Shown here: in pieces, positions 23,501-36,454 of the stretch
How positions within the stretch are numbered: the stretch's first letter is position 1
Layout of the letters: each line of letters starts with the position of its first letter
Source of the DNA: Podarcis erhardii
Lineage: Eukaryota
Length of the DNA stretch: 64,000 bases
Assembly (NCBI GenBank): GCA_964252035.1
Contig: OZ176201.1
Strand: one strand, 5' to 3'
Notes under the pieces: model-generated
Seen by the model: the letters and a program-made list of their open reading frames with translations, nothing else
What the model was told of the DNA's origin: nothing
Database searches by the model: none
Translations under genes and position numbers: made by a program

Positions 23501-26500
23501 TCCAAGGCAATCCACAGCGACTTGCAACCAAACAGACAATAAACCTCACATAGATACATTAAAACCAAGAGAAAAGGGAAATGCATTAAAAATATCCCAG
23601 CCGCTTCTAAAAGGCTAGCTAGAAATAATTATGAATAAAAGGGGGAAACATTGAAGGCAGGAAAGAAGTCAGGAGAGCACAGATAAATATGCTGAAAGAA
23701 GCTATGGGTACCAAAACCCACTCAGTTTCTTGAAGTAGAGACTTCGCTTCAGGGAGCAGGAAGTCAGGGGCTTGAGTTGTGCAAGGCTGCTCTGCTACTG
23801 ACTTACAACAGCTCCATGTAACAGAGCCAGTTCTCTGGGCCCTAATGTTACTCTCTAGACAGGTACAGGAAGCAGTTGATGGAGCATGACAGCCCCCCTC
23901 TCCGTGCCTCAGCATCATACTATTTCAAAGCCAAAGCCATGGTGAAAGGGGAGGAGAGGAGGGTACAGTCTCCAGAATAGCTTAAAGATGACTAGGAAAC
24001 AGTGAGGGTCTGTCGTTTTGGGTGGTTCAGAAGATCTCCAAGTATAGCATTAGCTAGCAAACCAAGAAGTCCACGGAATACCTAACCACTGATTTTGTGC
24101 CACTCAAAAGCCAAGGAATGCCAATTCAAAAACCAACTCATTTGTGCCTAGCTAAAGCTTTTTTTAAAAAAGAAGACGACTGTTTTGGGAGGGCTGCTGA
24201 AGTGGCAAAAAGTCATTCACTTTCTGCACAGCTTGTCCCAGTGGTTAATCCTTTTGCCTGCTAAACTGGAGCCGGGTTTCTAATTTGTCTTTAGTCTAAT
24301 TCCCAGATGTTGACCCTTATTCTGTCTCTCCCTGCTAGCTCTAGGAGACATTTACTGCCCACAGTACTTGCTTCCTTGGATACTTCTCAGACACTTCTGG
24401 ACAGAAGGCGATTAAAGCTGATTGAATAATACTTAAAACAGCCAGAGAGAAGTGCCATGATAGGAAAGAAGAACAGAAACCCAAAGCTAATGCTTTTCGT
24501 GTCTGGATGAGGCAGGCTTCTATGGCTGCTCCAGACAGGAAAAGTTGGCGCTTGCCCTTTCCACAACTCCAGAAGGCTCTGGCAGACAATGGAGGCCAGG
24601 AAAGGCCACTTACCTTGAAGGTGCCAAGACTTTCTTCCAGGTCAGCCAACATTGACCAAACCTTGAGGGACTTGTAGACACGGTTCTGCACAGGTTCTGA
24701 GGAATCAAAATACTCTGCTTTCTTAGCTGGGATGGCTGTGGCTTTCTGAAGGAACAAGAGAAAAGAGATGCCGGTGAACGTAAGAGAAGCCTATGGAAGT
24801 CTAGCAGCACACCCTGATGATTAAGGGTAGAATTCACATAGCACTAAGTGGGGTATGCACATGGGGAACAAGGCCGGCTCAAGCAAGAAGATGTCCCCCG
24901 TTCTCCCCGTGTGCCCTCTAAACCTGTTCTGAGGATCCTCTAACTTCCAGAGCAGATTTTCTTTTGGGGTGTGTGTGTGTGTGCGTGCAGAGGAATCCTG
25001 TTGTGGGAACAGACCTCGCTTTGCGCTTGCAACAACTTAGTTGAATCCCACCCTTAGAATGTATCTCTCTCGCTCTTTAGATATAAATTATCTCTGCAGA
25101 CAGGAAACTGCGTGGCCTCACATTGTTAGAAATACAAAAGCTTAGAAATCTTGGTTTCCTGCTTTCTCATTTAGCCACAGTGCACCATTCAGCTAATAAT
25201 GCTGCTTCCCTGTGATTCAACCACTAGAGCTCCAACTCCATTCAGGGAGATGTGGACAGAAGAAATGAGTCTTCTTTTTGATTGCATGACTATACGCCCT
25301 TAACTCCGAAGTAATCCTCTGGGAACCCAAAAAGCAACACTTCTGGATTATCAGATGCCTGCCGCCCTGTTTCTGCTCACCCGCAGGATGCGCAGCGCTT
25401 GGTCATAGTTCTCGTGCCGCAACTCCATCTCGCCATATTCGCACCACACGCTGGCCAGCTCATCCACTTGCTTGAAGTTGACCTTGGTAGCCTTTTCAAA
25501 AATGGTTCTGGCCTGGGAACAAGTAAGGTAGGCAAGGTGAGGGGGAAAGCAGGGCCAGAAAGAGCCCCCAGTTTCAGCACCTCCTCTCCTTGGACTAGGC
25601 TATGTGGTGGGGCAGGTCATCTGAGTAATGCTGCATCACCAAGGATGGTGGCTTCCCGGAGTTTGGGTTAGGTTGATTGAATATAAGACTCGCTCACCAC
25701 AACGAAAATCCCTGAATCAATTTACAAGAAGAATGAAACACAGTAACAAAAATGCACGGAGTTAAGCCTGAGGCAGCTGTGGTGAAGGGCATTTGCAACA
25801 CAGAACGCGAGTCTCTGTTGTGCTTCTGGGCAGCAGCTAGGAAAGTAAGGCAGGAAACATTTTGAAAGGCAAGGACAGAGCAGCGTCAGCCTCCCAAACC
25901 CATGCATCACTCACGTCTTCGATCTGTCCATTGACCTCGTAGAATTTGGCAAAAGAAACCCAGAGCGTATGTGTCTTTCCGGTGGCTTTAAAGGGGTCAA
26001 CAGTCTGCACCGCTTCTGTGTATGTGTTGATGATCTGGAGGAAGCAGGGAGAGAGGTAGAGGAAAAGAAAAGATTGAGCTCTGGCAGGTTCCTAGGTTTC
26101 TTCCTTCCTGTACGGTTTGGTGGCTGTAGCTGCGAAGCACAACACAGAGGAAGTGAGAAGTGCCAACTAGTACAATCCCAATGAAGTTTTTATTCTGGAA
26201 AACAGCCTGCTTCTCAGCAGATCTAGAAGGTCACTAGATGGTGGGAGAAGTGGCTCTCCATTTCCAGCTCAGCCCTGCCTTCCAGGCAGCAGTTTAATTA
26301 GACCGGCATGAGTACCCGTCTATGAATGCCCTTCTGAGCAAATGTGGAAACTCCAATGTGCTGAGCACACATTAGTAGACAGAAGCTTTTTGAAACTTTA
26401 TGAAATTTGCTTGGGGTGGAGGGAGCCCCAGTGGACGAAATGCTGTGTCAACTTCCATCAGTGACACGACCAACGTTGGGTGGCAGCAACTCCTTGGAGG

Positions 26501-29500
26501 GTATTCAGATTCAGCTCCATACCCAAAACTTCGCCATTCATCACTGATGCTGCAACCAAGTGTTTAATAGAAGGGGAACATGCTAGCCTGAAAGTTCAGC
26601 AGCTCCCTCGTTCCCAGCGCTGGGTCTGCTCATGCGATCCCTACTGTGGGGATTTCCTTACCTCGCGAGGTTTGCCTTCATACAGCTTCACCCGCTTGTG
26701 CCACTCGTGGACATTGTGAGGATTCTGGCGCAAGAGGACACTGTTAAGAAGCAAGGGCCGGCGTGTAATCAGCTGCTCAAAGCGAGCCAGGCGCAGCTCC
26801 AGGTCCACGTCATCTGTTTCCCCAGGGGGGCAAAAGAGCAGGAATGAGAGATGGTGCAGGAAGGCAGCTACTTGCAGCTGAAATCCCCCCCCCTATTTTC
26901 TCACCTACACATTCCATACCTATAGCTATGCCCTGGGTTCCTTTGGGAGGAAGAGCAGGATTTTATATGAGAATCTATATATCTATATATTCCTCAAGTT
27001 CCAAAGGATGTCCACAAAATGCAAGGATACGAATTAAGAATTGCTGGGTCCACATCCAATGGCCAAAGAAAAGGGAAGCTCTTTTAACATAAGGCTTTAT
27101 CAATGATGCAACCCCAGGGAGAAACGTCCATCACAACTTGAAAAAGTTTAGGGAGAACTGAGACATCCTCAGGAGTCTCAGCAACTCTGGCATGCATTCT
27201 CCTAGATGCAGTCTGGAGAAGAATTTCTTCTCTTCCGAAAGGGAAGGAGCAGCAGCACCTGCTTCCTACCACCTGCGCTGCTCTTACCCTCCTCCTCACG
27301 TCCCATCTCAGAGCTGGTCTCCATCTTGGCAGCGATCATGCTCTCCTCAAATTGGGCGTAGCTGTCGAACACCTGAGTGAAATCCCGCACTGTCATCACA
27401 GTCTGTATGGCTTCTTCGTAGACATCGCGAGCCTAAGACAGAGAGGGTGAAGGGATTACTGTTTCAGTCTGCAAAGCAATGCCTGTGGTCTCTGTTCCCA
27501 CGACCAGCTACCAAGCAGCTTCGACTTCTCTAATGGTTTTCATGGGAAATGCTCTTAAGAAAGCACAGATCACCACTCAAGACGTAACCACTTATATGGA
27601 ACTCAAGGCTTTTTCTTATTGTGGGAGGAAATGGTGGGCCAAGAGGAACTGCCTCTGGGATGAAAATGATCTACAAAGAGGTTATTTGGAACAGGCAACA
27701 TAAACTTCCCATGCCAAGAAAGAGCAGGTACCCGCAACTCAGTCCAAAATGACAACTGCATTCTAACAGCTTTCAGAGCTCAACCCTATATTTAACTGGG
27801 ATATTCAGGCCGGGGGAAATCATACACTAGGTTGCCTATCAAATCCAAAGTCTATTGGCTAAATCAGTAGTTTTCAACCTGGGGTGCCTTGAATGATGGT
27901 CAGGGTACCGCGGGCAACACTGGCCTCTATCTCTCTTTCCTTCCCTCCCTCCTGATGCCCTCTTGTGTCTCTGCCTCCCAAAGGCTTGCACAGCTGTTTG
28001 TTGCAGCAGTCCTTGCTACAAACTCCTCAGGTGAATGGTGCCTCTGGGGCTAGCCAGGGGTTGCTTCCCAGGCCCCTGTGGGGCAGTTTGAGGAGGCATC
28101 TCTCTTGGGGGGGGGAGCAACTCAGAGACCAGGGGCGGCAGCTGCAGCTGCCCAGGGGAGAGGAGAGGAGAGGAGGCTGAGGGAACACTCCACAAGGGAG
28201 GGTGTTCGAAAAAGGGTGAGAGGCTGCCACATCTGCAGGCAAGGGGTGACATCTGGGCTCCTGAGCCCCACAGGGGTGCTGCGGAAAGAATGCAGTTGGT
28301 CAAGGGAGCCGTGGACTCAAAAAGGTTGAAAACCTCTGGGCTAAATGCCTTTGCCTTTGATTCTAATTTGAGGAGGAATCAAGTTACAGGATCACCCAGA
28401 AGTTTAAACCTGAACAACTGAGGGCTTGTTCAGATGTCCCAAAGGAGGAAACACGTTATTGAGTACTAATTCTCAGTCTCCTCCAGCTGTCCATACGTCA
28501 CATTTTTTTCACCGGTTTGCTGACCTCGGTACCAATTAAAAAAGCAAACAAACAATGATTTCTAAAAATCTACTCGGCATGACATTAAGACATGAAAATC
28601 CTGCTCGTTATGTACAGTCACCCCAGAAAGCACTAGGATTCTTCTTTGTTTTCCCTAGTGACTTTTCACAAACTTGGAACACTTCATGTATTATGAGACA
28701 CTATGAATTCTTCTGATGGGGAGAGAGCAGAACAGAAATAATATAATAAAAGAAGAAAATCATAGGAGATACTCCCACTATCCTTTGTCCCTCCTCTATG
28801 CTAGGTAACTTTCCTCTACTGCCAATCTTCCAGATTCTTCCATTTCCATTTTTGTTTGGTGGCTTGTAAGGATTTCTGTTGATTATTTTGCTGACTGTTC
28901 CTTATCTGATCCCTACAAGCTCAGTAAACACCTTATTTAAAAGAGTGAATTAGGAGAAGAGTGGAGATAGACAATAGCTCTTTTTAAGTGAGTTCAAAGT
29001 GATCTAAAAGAGGCTTCCCTTCCGGTGAAAAAGGTTTTCAGAACAATAGAAACACCTATAGTCTACTTAGTAGGGGTACATGTGGGTATTTACCATTACT
29101 AGCAGACTTTTGTTCAAACTGTCTTCAGCCCTTCATAAAAATTAATGTCTGTCTCCAACCCAAGATTTTCACCAAATAAAGGTGAGGTCTTGCTCAGACC
29201 AGATGAATAAGGAATTTAAGAGGAAATAGCTGAAAGACTTGAACGTTACACTCTGTGCCATTTTGAAGTTCCCCCTGGGATTGGGATATGACTCCAGCCA
29301 AGTCCCTGCATCACAGCACAAATCCTCAGGCCAAGGTGACTACCTTCTCAAAATGCCCACTGCGGATGTAGTAGTCTGCCAAGGAACACCACAGCTTGCC
29401 CAGCTGGTCGGTGAAGCGAGTCAGGCCGCCCCGGATTATGGCCCCCACATTGAGCGACTTCACCTTGTCCGGATTCTGCGAGATGAGGTCACAGAGCTCG

Positions 29501-32500
29501 TGCCACAGCTGCAACGGAGAGGACAAGGTGTCAGAGAGATCTTGGCAACGCTGAGAGGCAGGAAAAGCATCAAGTGTACAGGTTGTTCTGCAGCAGGCAT
29601 CTTTGGATGAAGGAGAAGAGAGATCCTCCACATAATTTTGGAGGGCTGACTGCCAGCTACCATGAGCCTCACTTGATAGTTGGATTTCCCCTCCTTGGAG
29701 ATGAAGCGTTCATCATTCACCACAGCGGCAAGGCGGACAGCAGCCTCATCCAGGCGGTCAATGGAGCGCAGGTACTCAATATATTCCTCAGCATTCTCTG
29801 GGCTCAGCTGCAATATAAAAACACGTACAGCTCAGAATCCACCAGAATGCTGACAAGACCAAAACAGTGGCAGCAGAAGAGCTAATGTAGATTAACTGCA
29901 GCACTGCTAGAAGTGCCAACTCAAGGTTAACTAAGAATACAAGGAGTAGCTTACAACCCTTTGTGCATAGTGTGTTATAGCTATTTAAGATTTGTTGGGG
30001 GGAACAAGTGTGATTTCTTTTAGGCAACATGACAAAATTTTCACTTATTCCAAAATTAAAATAAAAAAACAGCAGATTAAACAGACTACTATCTACAGAT
30101 TTAGAGCAGACAACATTTTGTAAAGAGGTGTCCTAGTTCAGGAGTCCTAAGCAAAGGGTTTCAGACCCAGAACCCCTCTTGATGTCCATCTGCAATGCAG
30201 GATCTACTTAAGAGTTGGCATATGTTCATTTATCCTCGCTGTAGGGTGATCAGATGCAACAAAAAGTACAAGCGCCTTGCATCTTTACCAGATGTATATA
30301 AGAGGGAGTTGTAAAAGATGGAATTAGTCATGTAGGGCTGCAAAAAACCTGTCCCTGCTGAAACTTCCTGTTCTGCGAAACTACTGAAGGTTAAGGGATT
30401 GTGGCTTCCTTTGCATCTGGCGTCTTGGTTTCTTTAAAAATAACAGAAAAAAGAAAATTATTGTGCGCCACTGATGTAATTTACAACAAGAGTCTGCATC
30501 TCAACTCCCAGCTGAAGGCCAGTTCTTGGGTTAACACAATGAAATGTGCATTAGTATTTCTGGAAAATCTCCCTGATCTAATCTAGAGAGGTATCCAATT
30601 AAATAACACTTTTGTCCAATACTCTCCCTTTGAGAAGGGATTTCTCTGCCGAAAAAGCAATTTTATTGTTCTCTGTCATAAATGAAATCAATCAAATATT
30701 TTGGTGCTATTGAAGAATTTATTCCACAGCCTTCTGATCTCTCTGTACCCTCTCTAGCCACTTCCAAACTCTAGGAGTACCCAAGTCAAATACAGTATAG
30801 TAGTCCAGTAGAAGTTTTACAAGGGCTATGCACAAGATTAAAAGCAGGACAAGAATTCATTCAGTGCTAATAATGAAAAGGAGCCTAAAAGAGAAGAAAC
30901 CCATTTAGGCACTCATTGCTCAAGGAAGACAACACCTTCTTTACAAAGATTACGCAGATGGCTCAGAGGTGGAAGAATTTGGTAAGACAAATTAGTTGGG
31001 GACATGTAGGCTCCCTTACCTTCAGGTACCTGCGGTAGACCCGTACAGCTGTCTCGGGTAATGGATACAGGCGCACAAACTTCAGGTAGAGTGGCCAGAT
31101 ACGATGGTGCTGTGTGATGGGCAGGGCCCGGAGGGCTCGGTCAAAGGTCCTACGGGTGCGGGTGATCCGACACTGGTCCATAAGAAACTGGCAGTAATCT
31201 AGCCATATCCGAGGCATCTACAATCAGACAGATAATAAGAAAATAGCAACTCCCTTTGGGGATCCGACCAAAGGTTAACACTGTCCCACAGCCTGCTTCT
31301 AATAGTGGCTACACATATGTGACTAGGAAGTTCACAAGTGGGCTACGACAAACAACAGTGGCTTGCATCTAGCATGCAGCAGTCAAGCAAGTCACTGCCC
31401 CTGAATACAGCTGTTCCATTTTTAGAAATTCTGCTTAATGGACTTCACCAATTTATCTATTTCTTTATTCAAAAAGCCAACGAACTTACTTGCAAACTCC
31501 ACACTTTGTAATACTAGGGTTGCCATACGTCTGGAATTTCCCGGACATAGCCAGGATTTGGCCGTCCGAAACAGTGTCCAACAACTTTTGTGTGTTTCTT
31601 TTTTGCTTATCCTAAACCTATTGCAATCAATTACCGTTTTTTCCCGTGTATAAGACTAGGTTTCCCCCAAAAAAATAATGTCCAAAATTTGGGGGCATCT
31701 TATACACAGATAGATCTCTAATTTCACTAGGAGACTCAAGTGCTAGTGTTTTGAATAAAAAATTCTCTACAGAATGGCTCATCAGTTTACAAACCCTTCA
31801 GGGATTTTCGTTAAGGCTTTCTTCTTAAGGAAGGAGCTCCCCTGTTATTTTTATCATTTCCTTCCCATTGCTATGTGGCATCTACAACAGTTTCTGAGAC
31901 AAACTCACAGATTTAGGCTAAAGACTGTTGTTTTTAAGAGAGTTGAAAGTGGTACACTAGAGCCATTATTGAACTCTACATATGCACACATCTGAGAAAC
32001 AGTTCTGGAATCAAAACATATGTGAGGCCTTCACATAGATATTGTCATAACCCAGCCAGAATAGCAGCCATTATGATTGACTCACTTTTCCCAGGTGTTA
32101 CCAGCCCTCTAAGCATATCACCAACCACTGTACCTTGTGCATGAAGACAAGGGCACGCTCATGACAGTTGTTCACTTCTTCATAGCTGGGATCCGTTACA
32201 CACTTGCTCTTTACCTGCTTCCGTCGCTGCTTGAGATAATTATACCATAGCTTGTAGCTGCAAAACACAAAGGGGGCAGCTATTAACATTAAAGTAAAAT
32301 ATTTTGCCATGTTACTTCCAGCTCTCATTACAAGGGGAGTTGGATGATCATAGTGCCTTGCTCCTGAAATAAACCAGGGAAACATCAACAGGGACAGCAA
32401 GGAGTTCCATCTGTTGAGGGTATTCCTGTCTGCTTTCAGAAGAGACCAGAAAACAGACCATAAGAAATTCCCCTCAGCTCTGGAGAAGTTAAGAGTTAGT

Positions 32501-33783
32501 CTTTCATTTACATTTTTTTATACAACAATGCCTTATGAAAATCTGGATTGAAAAAGGTTACCCTACTATCTTCATGCAGTTTGCTAAAGAACTTTACATA
32601 AAAGAGACACAAGTGCATACCTGCCTGGCAATTCCTTAAGAGCTCTCTCATAGATCAGATTCAATATATGCTTAGGAGCATTTTGCTTGAACTCAATGTA
32701 GCGGATCCAGCACTTGACAGAGAAGGGGTTGCGCAATATTTCTTCTTCATATTGCAAGTCTTCCTCTTCCTGTGTAGGGGTGAGGAGCAAGGCGATATAA
32801 ATTTAGAGAGAGGATGTACTATTATATTTTTTTGTGCAGCACTGTTATAACTTAGGCACCCCAATGCTATCTTCAGGCGTTTGAAAAATGCTACCTAATT
32901 TTACATGTGAAAAATGAACCAAAAGATCATCACTTCATATTTTACTGCAGCCACAAATTCACTAAGTAATCTTTAGCAAGTCTCTGGCCCCAGCTCTAAG
33001 CTCAAATATTTTTTTTTGGGGGGGGGGGTTGTACAATCTTACCTTACAGGACTACTGTAAGTTAGTAACGACCAAAGCAAATATTATAGAGCAGCATTTC
33101 TCAATCTTGGGTCCCAAATACTGCTGAACCACAAGTCCCATCATCCCTGACCACTGGTCCTGCTAGCTAGAAATAACAGGACTTGTAGTCCAACAACATC
33201 TGGGAACCCAAAGTTGTGAAAGGCTGTTACAAAGAATCATACAACAGCTGTCACTCTAAGCCTCTTCCTTTTTAAATGTCTACTTAAAATAACATAGAGT
33301 GACATCATGATAAGCACCCCACTTTAACATCATAGGCTGGCAGAAGCAGTATGATGATGTCATATCACAATCATTTTTGGTATTAAATGTTACAAGAAGA
33401 AGTGAGTCAAAGGGCACAAAGAGACAGCGGTTCTCTCGTGTAACAACACTTGGCCTGGCCATGAAATAGCATACGGTACACGGGACATTTTGAACACTTA
33501 AAATTCGCTGCACGAATGCAAAGTATAATTATTGTGCAAGGCGACTCGCCATTAGCAGGATTACATCGCTTTTCCTTGACTTGGTTCAATCTTGAGGGGA
33601 AAGAACTCTGCACATGTTCGAAGGAAGCCTCGCCTTTTATTTATTTATTAAGTTCTGTGGACGAAAGGGAGGCTCGGCCTAGGCAGGACCCGTCCGAGCA
33701 TTTCACCCCCCGACACCTTCCCACCGGGGCCTACTCACGAAAAAGAGCTCCCGCTTCCCCAACACCGTCTCCAGCTCCGGCAT
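18312..33783 (-). CDS. XAB2: Pre-mRNA-splicing factor SYF1 / XPA-binding protein 2 (HAT/TPR repeats), complete, 19 coding exons, 852 aa
   Basis: Exons in transcript order: 33739-33783 ([18 protein letters not shown]), 32621-32769, 32134-32257, 31020-31217, 29673-29807, 29344-29508, 27288-27432, 26662-26813, 25915-26034, 25381-25512, 24614-24745, 22997-23110, 22342-22504, 21544-21734, 20838-20960, 20105-20276, 19858-19984, 18677-18786, 18312-18373 (TGA). Sum 2559 nt, all phases compatible. Peptides such as [49 protein letters not shown] and [12 protein letters not shown] match recalled human XAB2. Confidence 0.97.
20518..20559. repeat. (TAA)14 microsatellite
   Basis: Perfect trinucleotide run in XAB2 intron 15. 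Confidence 0.95.
20688..20829 (-). mobile_element. CR1 LINE 3' fragment
   Basis: Antisense CR1 terminus: AATCACAGAACTGTAGAGTTGGAAGGG...GTCCAACC...GATGGCCATCCAAC. Confidence 0.7.
27865..28338. mobile_element. hAT-superfamily non-autonomous DNA transposon, 474 bp
   Basis: TIRs CAGTAGTTTTCAACCT / AGGTTGAAAACCTCTG (14 of 16 match). Perfect 8-bp TSD GGCTAAAT at 27857-27864 and 28339-28346. Confidence 0.9.
31634..31710. mobile_element. Short Tc2/mariner-like MITE remnant
   Basis: TA-CCGTTTTTTCCCGTGTATAAGAC...CATCTTATACACAGA-TA, a partial inverted repeat flanked by TA. Confidence 0.4.
33092..33226. mobile_element. Short hairpin-type hAT MITE in XAB2 intron 1
   Basis: CAGCATTTCTCAATCTTGGGTCCC...GGGAACCCAAAGTTGTGAAAGGCTG. 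TSD TTATAGAG / TTACAAAG (6 of 8 match). Confidence 0.7.
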
Positions 33784-34060
33784 CTTGGACTCTTCCCACC
33801 CCGAGCGAGCAAGCGAGGCGCACGGCAATGACGCAAAAGCGAAGCTGCGGTTCAGAGCTCGGGCTCTCTCCTCCGCTTGCGTCACTTGGCCAGCAACAGT
33901 CCTATTGGTCATCCGACAGGGAGGGCGTTTCCTTTCCGTCTTCAGGCCGCCATGTTGCTTGCGGGCGCCATCTTCGGAAGACTTTAGGGGCGTGGCATAT
34001 GCGAAAGCGGGCGGGACCAAAGGGTGGGCGGGGCCTGTTCAGCATCGGCCAAGCGTCGCC
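33784..34060. promoter_or_regulatory. Bidirectional CpG-rich promoter between XAB2 and PET100
   Basis: 277 bp between the divergent ATGs, with CpG-rich DNA from about 33660 to 34570. Motifs: TGACGCAA 33829-33836 and its inverse TTGCGTCA 33877-33884; ATTGG (reverse CCAAT) 33904-33908; YY1-like CCGCCATGTT 33947-33956 and CGCCATCTT 33966-33974; GC box GGGCGGGGC 34026-34034. Confidence 0.85.
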
Positions 34061-36367
34061 ATGGGGGTGAAGCTGGAGGTGTTCCGGGTCTGTGGCGCGC
34101 GGGGTCCTCCGGGGGTGGGGATGGGGATTTCTCTTTCGCAGACAGAGTCTTGTGCAGCTCCCCCGGGGCAAAAACCTCCTCTGGTGACTCGCCCCGGCAG
34201 GCTCTCTTTTCGCTCTTGGGGGCTCGCTGGCCAACATACGAGTTTAAGATAAGATCCTCCCGCCTTGGAGCCCTTCACTTGCCTCGGAGAGCTTCGCTTT
34301 TATGGCTTAAAATATATAACTGGAAGGGCAGGCAGCTCGATCTTATTTTCAAAGCAATAGATGTAGTTTTGAATATCTGTTAGGTTTCATACATGCATAA
34401 TGTTGGGAAGCACGTAGGAAAGAGCAGGTTGCGCTTACTCGCGGGTATCTGCAGGGAAATGCCGTCTGTCCTCCCCGAAGAGCAGGTCGGGGTGGTTACA
34501 ATTCCAATGCGGAAACTGGTGAAATGCACTCCTCGTTAGTGTGCCCGAGGTGCCGCTGCGCCCTGCGTCTTCCTTCGCCCTAGAAGCACAGCCCTTGATG
34601 TTGTCAGTGATCCTTTCCTTCTCTCCCTCCGCATCCTGCTGCCCAGTAACTTGGCCTGCAACCTAGATGTGTTTCTCTTCCTTTATGCCATTTCTCCTTT
34701 CTACTGTTACTTCTGCCATATGATGGTCGTCCTCCTGACCTTTTAGCAAGGGATGAGAGGAAGCTTCTGCCGTCAAGGGCCAGATTGGGCAAAATCTAAT
34801 AAAACCCTGCAAAGTGTCCCAATGCACCTGTATTACCACCTGACTTCCTATCTCCTTTCTCTTGCAGATGATGCTGTATTTATCTTTTCCTGTTGCTATG
34901 TTCTGGATTTCAAATCAGGCAGATTATTTTGAAGAATATGTTATCAAGCGGAAGGTCAGTTTTGTCATGTAATTAGAATGGGAAGAACAGGGTGGACTAA
35001 TGAAATCATTTCCAAACCTTTCCTGTGAGGTTTTATCTGGTTGTTTTTTTAAATTCTCATGCTGATTTTACCTCTGGAATTGGAAAAGAAAAACCCAGGC
35101 TTCCTTTTATTGCATTTTACTCAACAGCCATTTCCTGGGAGCCTGGCTTCTACAAGCAAGTACTGTATGCAAAAGCTGGCATTGCACACAGTGCATCTAG
35201 TTGCTTCTGGTCTGCTGTTTAGCAGGAGTCATTGGTCTGTAAATAAACAAAATTAATAATAATAATAATAATAATAAGTGGAACCTGCAGCAAAATGTTG
35301 CAGCATATATTCTCTCCTAAAAGGAGGCTTCCTGTTCAGGGTTCTAGTCAGCCATTCCCTCCAAGGAAGGCTTTTCACTTCTCTCCTCTTCCTTTTTATT
35401 TTTCAGCTCTCAGTCTATATTCTATGAGCATTCTTAACCCTGGGCTATTGGAGGGCGTTACCTCTTTCAGTTTTAGTTTTAAAGACCCCCCCCCCCCATT
35501 TCTGACACTATCAGGGTTACCCCAAGCATTCCAATGCTGTTCCTTGGTGGTCCCATTTGGGTTATGCTACTGTCTGTGCTTGATACCTGAACTATTAGGA
35601 GAATAAACAAGATTTTTTTCAACTGTGTTAAGAGGCCAGGACTTATCTCTTTCTTTCCTAGGTAAATGTTCTTCTTAGGCATGAGATTCTTAATCTCAGG
35701 GTCTTAGGTTTGAGCCCCAGGTTGGACAAAAGATCTCTACATTGCAGGGGGTTGGACTAGATGACTCTAGTGTTCCCTTCCAACTCTACAATTCTGATTC
35801 TATCCCCAGTGTCAGTCTCTTGAAAATTAGGAAGACTTTTCAGTTCTCGTAGAATTCTGGTTTGTTCGCTCACTCGAGCTGGCTGTATTTTCCCTGCCCT
35901 CTTGGTGTTTTTGACAAATTTGCCTGCTTTCTGCTTGTACGGCAGTGGAAATTTAGGTGGCATGGTTTTAATCTGTTTCAATATAAAAGCAGGACTTACC
36001 AATAATATGATTCCCTTTTTAATCCTTTTCCTTCAGAGAGAGATATACCCACCTGAAGATAATTACCAGGTAAATATGCCTCAACAATGAATACTGCATG
36101 TCTAATCCAGGAGTGGGGGACCTGTGACCTTCCAGATGTTAGCCTGCCGCTCCCATCTTTCCTGACCATTGGCCATGCTGGCTAGGACTGATGGGCACTG
36201 GGATTCCAACTGGAGGGCCACAAGTAGTCCACCCCCGGTCTAAGCGAACAGATCATTTATGATGAAATTGACACTTCTGTCTTCTTCAGAGAAAAGAACT
36301 GGAAGACTTCAAAGAGAGAATGAGGAAGGAACATGAGAAGCGGATGCTGCAGTCAGCTAAGGAATAA
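34061..36367 (+). CDS. PET100: Cytochrome c oxidase assembly chaperone PET100, 4 exons, 74 aa
   Basis: Exons 34061-34087, 34868-34954, 36037-36069, 36290-36367 (TAA), all phase 0 with AG/GT ends. Protein: MGVKLEVFRMMLYLSFPVAMFWISNQADYFEEYVIKRKREIYPPEDNYQRKELEDFKERMRKEHEKRMLQSAKE, closely matching recalled human MGVKLEIFRMIIYLTFPVAMFWVSNQAEWFE. Confidence 0.95.
35679..35803 (+). mobile_element. 5'-truncated SINE with tRNA-Lys(CTT)-like head and CR1-like tail
   Basis: GCATGAGATTCTTAATCTCAGGGTCTTAGGTTTGAGCCCCAGGTTGG resembles the 3' two-thirds of tRNA-Lys-CTT. It is followed by CATTGCAGGGGGTTGGACTAGATGA...CCCTTCCAACTCTACAATTCTGATTCTAT. Confidence 0.75.
36108..36237. mobile_element. Short hairpin-type hAT MITE in PET100 intron 3
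   Basis: TSD GTCTAATC / GTCTAAGC (7 of 8 match); internal CTCCCATC...GATGGG inverted core. Confidence 0.75.
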
Positions 36368-36448
36368 TGACGTAGCATCATCCTCTTTCTCCCCAGGGTT
36401 TGATGCACTCTCAAGAAAGTTGTCATCACAAATCTCCTACTTTAACTT

Positions 36449-36454
36449 AATAAA
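36449..36454 (+). terminator. Candidate PET100 polyadenylation signal
   Basis: AATAAA about 80 nt after the stop codon, followed by T-rich sequence. Further AATAAA copies near 36673 and 36862. Confidence 0.6.

Noticed and set aside
32873-32932. Minus-strand GTGATGA...CTGA resembling snoRNA C and D boxes in XAB2 intron 1
   Set aside because: No terminal stem, no recognisable rRNA or snRNA guide sequence, and it lies next to MIR-like repeat sequence.
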